DNA of 63,718 bases, the filler included, from Folioceros fuciformis (taxonomy: Eukaryota), in assembly GCA_049999805.1 (NCBI GenBank). It is 29 parts of 29 records of this genome, joined end to end, with 100 filler letters (N's around TTAATTAATTAA, not from the genome) between each part and the next. Parts side by side here need not be neighbours in the genome. Positions count along the whole stretch, not along the records: positions 58,685 to 59,840 come from JBNGIO010000426.1; positions 59,941 to 61,220 come from JBNGIO010000427.1; positions 61,321 to 63,718 come from JBNGIO010000428.1; 26 more parts are not named here. One strand, 5' to 3'. Shown here one piece after another: positions 59,455-63,718 of the stretch; positions within the stretch are counted from its first letter, which is position 1; each line of letters begins with the position of its first letter. Below the pieces are notes generated by a model. The model did no database searches. It was given only the letters and a program-made list of their open reading frames with translations, and was not told the origin of the DNA. A program made the position numbers and the translations under genes.

Positions 59455-59760
59455 CAGCTCTCCCTGTGCCACTTCAAGATGGTTCTCTAGGTCCATGGTC
59501 CGGTCAGTGATTTTGGGACTTTAGGTTTGTCAACTCCTGTAGGTACTTGTCCTGCTTTCCCCAGTACCTTGCAAACTCCTCTTGTAGCTTGATAGTATGC
59601 CCTGCTGCCTTCTCCTTCATGGAAGAAAACTGTGTGGCTAGTTCAGTCATCCTCCGTCGAAGGGCAATGTTTTCGCCATCTCGTGCCTCTACCTGCCCAA
59701 AGGACAATGCAAGTCCTTCCACCAAACTGGCCACAATTCCTTGGGCCGCTTGTGTAGCTC
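59455..59760 (-). pseudogene. Coiled-coil ORF remnant, probably a retroelement accessory gene
   Basis: EARDGENIALRRRMTELATQFSSMKEKAAGHTIKLQEE heptad-like pattern; no recognised domain. Confidence 0.4.
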
Positions 59761-59840
59761 TGTGAACCTCCAAAGTTTGGGGTAGTAGTTTGTTTTGGTT
59801 GAAAAAGGGTTAATAGTGGTATGGTTTGGTTTTCTTTTTC
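59761..59840 (+). mobile_element. Family A terminus
   Basis: TGTGAACCTCCAAAGTTTGGGG at 59761. Confidence 0.87.
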
Positions 59841-59940
59841 NNNNNNNNNNNNNNNNNNNNNNNNNNNNNNNNNNNNNNNNNNNNTTAATTAATTAANNNN
59901 NNNNNNNNNNNNNNNNNNNNNNNNNNNNNNNNNNNNNNNN

Positions 59941-60370
59941 TAGGGCATGGCCTCCATGGCCGTTCATGCCAGCCAAGCAATCAGCCACCCTATCGTCAGA
60001 CCTTGACCCCTGACACTGACATACCCAAACACCCGTTCCTATGTTCAAACCATATTTTTATTATTTAATATTATTATTTAATCATTTAATATTATATATC
60101 TTTAATTAATATTAAACTAATCACCCAACCCTATGGCCTGGTACCGAACCTAAACCTTCCCAGGTCTGGGACCAAACCTATACCCACTCTTATAACCAAA
60201 CCAACTATTTCCTGGTCAATTTACCTAATTAGCACAAAGAAAAATAGAAAAAATGACCAGAAAATCAAGAAAAATTAGGGAAAATAAGTTGAAAAAGAAA
60301 ACCAAACCATACCACTATTAACCCTTTTTCAACCAAAACAAACTACTACCCCAAACTTTGGAGGTTCACA
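59941..60370 (-). mobile_element. Family A terminus
   Basis: Ends GGTTCACA at 60370. Confidence 0.87.
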
Positions 60371-61220
60371 TTGACCCAGCAGGTGACCACGTTGCAAACT
60401 TCCCAACAAGGTTTATCACATTAGATCATTGCATGTCGAAGGAACCTCGCCCAGTCTGAGGAAACTAGGAAGGTGGTGGAGGAACAGCTACGGGAACAAG
60501 TCTACGTTGCAAAGGATTTACAAGGCAAGCTAGATGAGTTGGAGGCACAAAATACTAAAGCGAACCAGGAACTCTAGCAACGACTTGAAGCAGGGCAATG
60601 AGAGCGATTGGAGAGGGAACAATTGACTATCCAATTAGAAGACCTTCAGCAGGAGAAAGCACAACAAGAAGCTGAGCATCAGACCAAGATTCACAGGATG
60701 CTGGTGGTTCGAGCTTGTAGGTTTCGTGCTGATTATGCCTACTTGACGGGGTGCATGACCAAGCTTCATGCAACTCATCAAGAAAACCTTGACCTACAGT
60801 TGAAGGTAAGGGCGATGGAGGCTGAACGGGATATCTACAAGAGTAGATGCGAGGGTGGGGATTGGGTTGTTGACATGGATACCATAGATCTAGCTCAACA
60901 GAATCGCAACCTCCACCTACGCTAACGTCTACTTGCTCATCACAAGGAACTGGCAGCATTGGCAAGGCGCAGGTATCTTGGGCCATATGATGACGACCGT
61001 GAGGCCCTGGAGATAGTGCCCCTACCAACAGATTTTCAAGAGGATAGCAGTATGAACCTAGAGAGCTCGCAATGGGAACCGGAGGAGCTACTATGGGCTA
61101 GGAAAAGCATGCAGCAAGGGGTACCTACTCCCGTAGGGAACCTACCTACGAGAGGAGGGGTAGGGAACCTACCTACGAGAGGAGGGGTAGGGAACCTACC
61201 TACGAGAGGAGGGGTAGGGA
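60371..61220 (+). pseudogene. Coiled-coil ORF remnant ending in 27-bp (VGNLPTRGG) tandem repeats at 61133-61220
   Basis: One E/Q/L-rich frame broken by stops; 3+ exact 27-bp units. Confidence 0.5.
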
Positions 61221-61320
61221 NNNNNNNNNNNNNNNNNNNNNNNNNNNNNNNNNNNNNNNNNNNNTTAATTAATTAANNNNNNNNNNNNNNNNNNNNNNNN
61301 NNNNNNNNNNNNNNNNNNNN

Positions 61321-63718
61321 TGGACGGAACTTCACCCAAGCCTTCGGCACCTCAATCGGCTGTCGATTCTTGGCTGAAACTTGATCGTCAAGCCATGCAC
61401 ATGTTAATTTCCAGCCTTGACGAGACTACTCTTCACCATACCGATGGTGCAACTACAGCAGCAGAAGCGTGGAAGCAGATAAATGACATTTATCAGTCCA
61501 CCAATGTGATGACTTTGGTCACGGTGCATCAGGAGTTCTACACTCTGCGCATGCAATCAGGCAATAGTATTGCTCAACACGTGAGTCGATTTCGGTACCT
61601 CTGGGCACAATTGGTTGCACTAGGCACTACTTTAACTGAGTTTGATGCTGCTGTATAGTTGTTGGCTAGCCTTCCGGCTAGCTACCAATCTTTTGTCTCT
61701 TCTCACAACCAAGCAGTACGTACCTCTCAAAAGGCAGTGGCTGCTGGTGGACAATCTACCCTTACTGTGTCCGAGATTGCTGGAGCACTCCTGCAAGAGG
61801 AGGCTTCTCGCTTTAATTCCGATACATCTAAGCATGGTGGTGAACGTGTGATGTTTGCTTCCCGCGGGCGGAATCAACATCAGACTAAGAAGAGAGATAA
61901 TATGTCAAAGCGGATGCCTTCTAACAATCATCCCAAATCTGCTTCTGCTGCCTCTACCTCCAAACCCCAGAAGCGCCAAGGTGTTTGTAATTGGTGCCAA
62001 ATTCCTGGCCATTAGGAGAGGGAGTGTAGAAAGAAGCAAGCTGGTGAGGCCAAGCGAGCGCCCAAGTCTGCCAACATGGTAGCTACGCCCAAGGCCAAGA
62101 ATCAGCTTAATTCAGAGATTGCTCTAACAGTGTGCCTTGTCGCATCGGCACACAAGACATCGTGGCTCCTTGACTCTGCAGCTACTGCTCATATTTGCAG
62201 TTCCAAGCGAATGTTTACTACCTATGAGGGTAGTAAACATTTGATGGCCGAGTTGCACACAGGGTGCAAGCTACGGTGCATTCGTTCCGACAATGCAAGG
62301 GAACTCAACAGTGGTCTCTTCCAAGCATTCAGTGAAGATAGAGGGATTACTCGCCAGTTTACAGTCCCTTACACTTCTGCTCAAAATGGTGTTGCGGAGA
62401 AGGCCAACGGTGACCTTATGGCCATGGCTAGGGCAATGCTCGCTCAGTCTGGCCTGCCGAAGTCCTTTTGGGCTGAGGCTATATCCACAGCTTCTTATAT
62501 CAAGAACCGGCTGCTTACGAAGGCAGTTGCTGGACGTACTCCCTTTGAATGCTGGTTTCGATATAAGCCTCTTATCTCTCACCTTCGAGTTTTCGGCTCT
62601 CCAGCCTATGCCTATGTTCCTTCTCCTTTAAGAGATATGCTCTCTTCACGAGCACGGGAACTTGTGTTTGTTGGCTATGGGGAGGACCGCAAGGCGTATA
62701 AGTTAGTTGATACTCAATCTCATACCCCGGTGTATGCTCGCACGGTTACTTTTGATGAAGGATCTGTGCTGTCTCGTGGCCCTGTTGTGGATGCCGACGA
62801 GGATGACAGTTCTCATACTTCTACTCCTCGTCCCCTGGACGATCTATCTGTTTCCTTTGACCTTCATTCTTCGTCCTTTCCTGATGCTTCTGTTCCAGAG
62901 GCTCCTTCATCTCAAGCAGCTCCGAATTCTCCAGCTGCTGCTCGAAGGGGGGAAATAGACGAAACTGAAGATGAAGAACCTGCCGTTCCAGTCTTCGATC
63001 CTCCTAATCCACCTCCTGGACCTGATGTACCTTCACCAGGTGGCAGTACAGGGGATAGTGCCCCCGAGCGGCGGTATCCTTCACGTCAAAGACAGCCACG
63101 ACATTTGTGGGCGGAAAAACCATTTGATTTAGAGTTTAATCAAGCTGGATATATTGGTGTTGACCCCACTATGTATTCTCTAGCGGTATCCTCTGCTCTT
63201 ACAGAGGGAGATCCGCTAACTCTCAGAGAAGCATACTCTAGGCCGGATGCTGACAAGTGGAAGTTAGCTGTTGACGATGAGTACAATTCCTTAGTTAAAA
63301 GTAATACTTGGCAGTCAGTAGATCTTCCTCCAGGAAGGACTACTGTCAAGTGTAAGTGGGTGCTAAAAACCAAGTTTCAAGAGGTAGAGCCCCGCATAAG
63401 ACACAAAGCGAGGTTAGTGGCTAAGGGTTATAGTCAGCGAGAGGGAGTTGACTATCAGGGTGATCAGGTTTATTCACCTGTAGTCAAAGCCGCGTCTATA
63501 AGGATGCTACTGGTCCTGTGTGCTGAACTTAACCTTACCATCTACCAATTAGATGTTTGCACAGCCTTTCTGTATGGTCATTTAGAAGAAGAAATCTATA
63601 TGGATCAGCCTGAGGATTACGAAGATAAGAAATATCCTCATAAGGTGTGTAAACTTCTACGTTCTATATATGGGCTTAAACAAAGCCCACGCCTTTGGTA
63701 CAAGCGAATTGACACATA
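61321..63718 (+). mobile_element. Ty1/Copia gag-pol with two gag stops and an in-frame protease-integrase deletion
   Basis: AAEAWKQI, LASLPASY, CNWCQIPGH*EREC, WLLDSAATAHI, IRSDN, QNGVAE, FWAEA, FVGY, CKWVLK, KARLVAKG, QLDVCTAFLYG, YGLKQSPRLW. Confidence 0.96.

Noticed and set aside
1-63718. Cassandra/5S rRNA, rRNA or prokaryotic operon
   Set aside because: No 5S or rRNA sequence recognised; spliceosomal introns and plant retroelements throughout.

Overview
Eukaryotic land-plant nuclear DNA, probably from a seed-free lineage (fern, lycophyte or bryophyte; this placement is inference). It is not a continuous locus: 29 short contigs are joined by 28 artificial 100-bp spacers (N44-TTAATTAATTAA-N44), so adjacency across a spacer means nothing. 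Contig 1 (1-5861) is the only host-gene region. It holds a tandem array of three intron-bearing class I-like small heat-shock protein genes (one intact, one frameshifted, one cut by the contig end) with HSE-like promoter motifs, and an internally deleted HMA5-like Cu-ATPase pseudogene between two copies. The rest is a nested retrotransposon graveyard: Ty1/Copia and Ty3/Gypsy fragments, an L1-type LINE ORF1/ORF2 junction, a CRE-like RLE non-LTR remnant, a trihelix/Myb-SANT fragment, an intronless aldo-keto reductase fragment and several high-copy LTR families, labelled A-G here. The most interesting signal is a conserved, covarying multi-hairpin module of about 100-115 nt at one terminus of four otherwise unalignable LTR families (14 termini). 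Orphan accessory ORFs and a TAATG stop-start overlap in the LINE are also notable.
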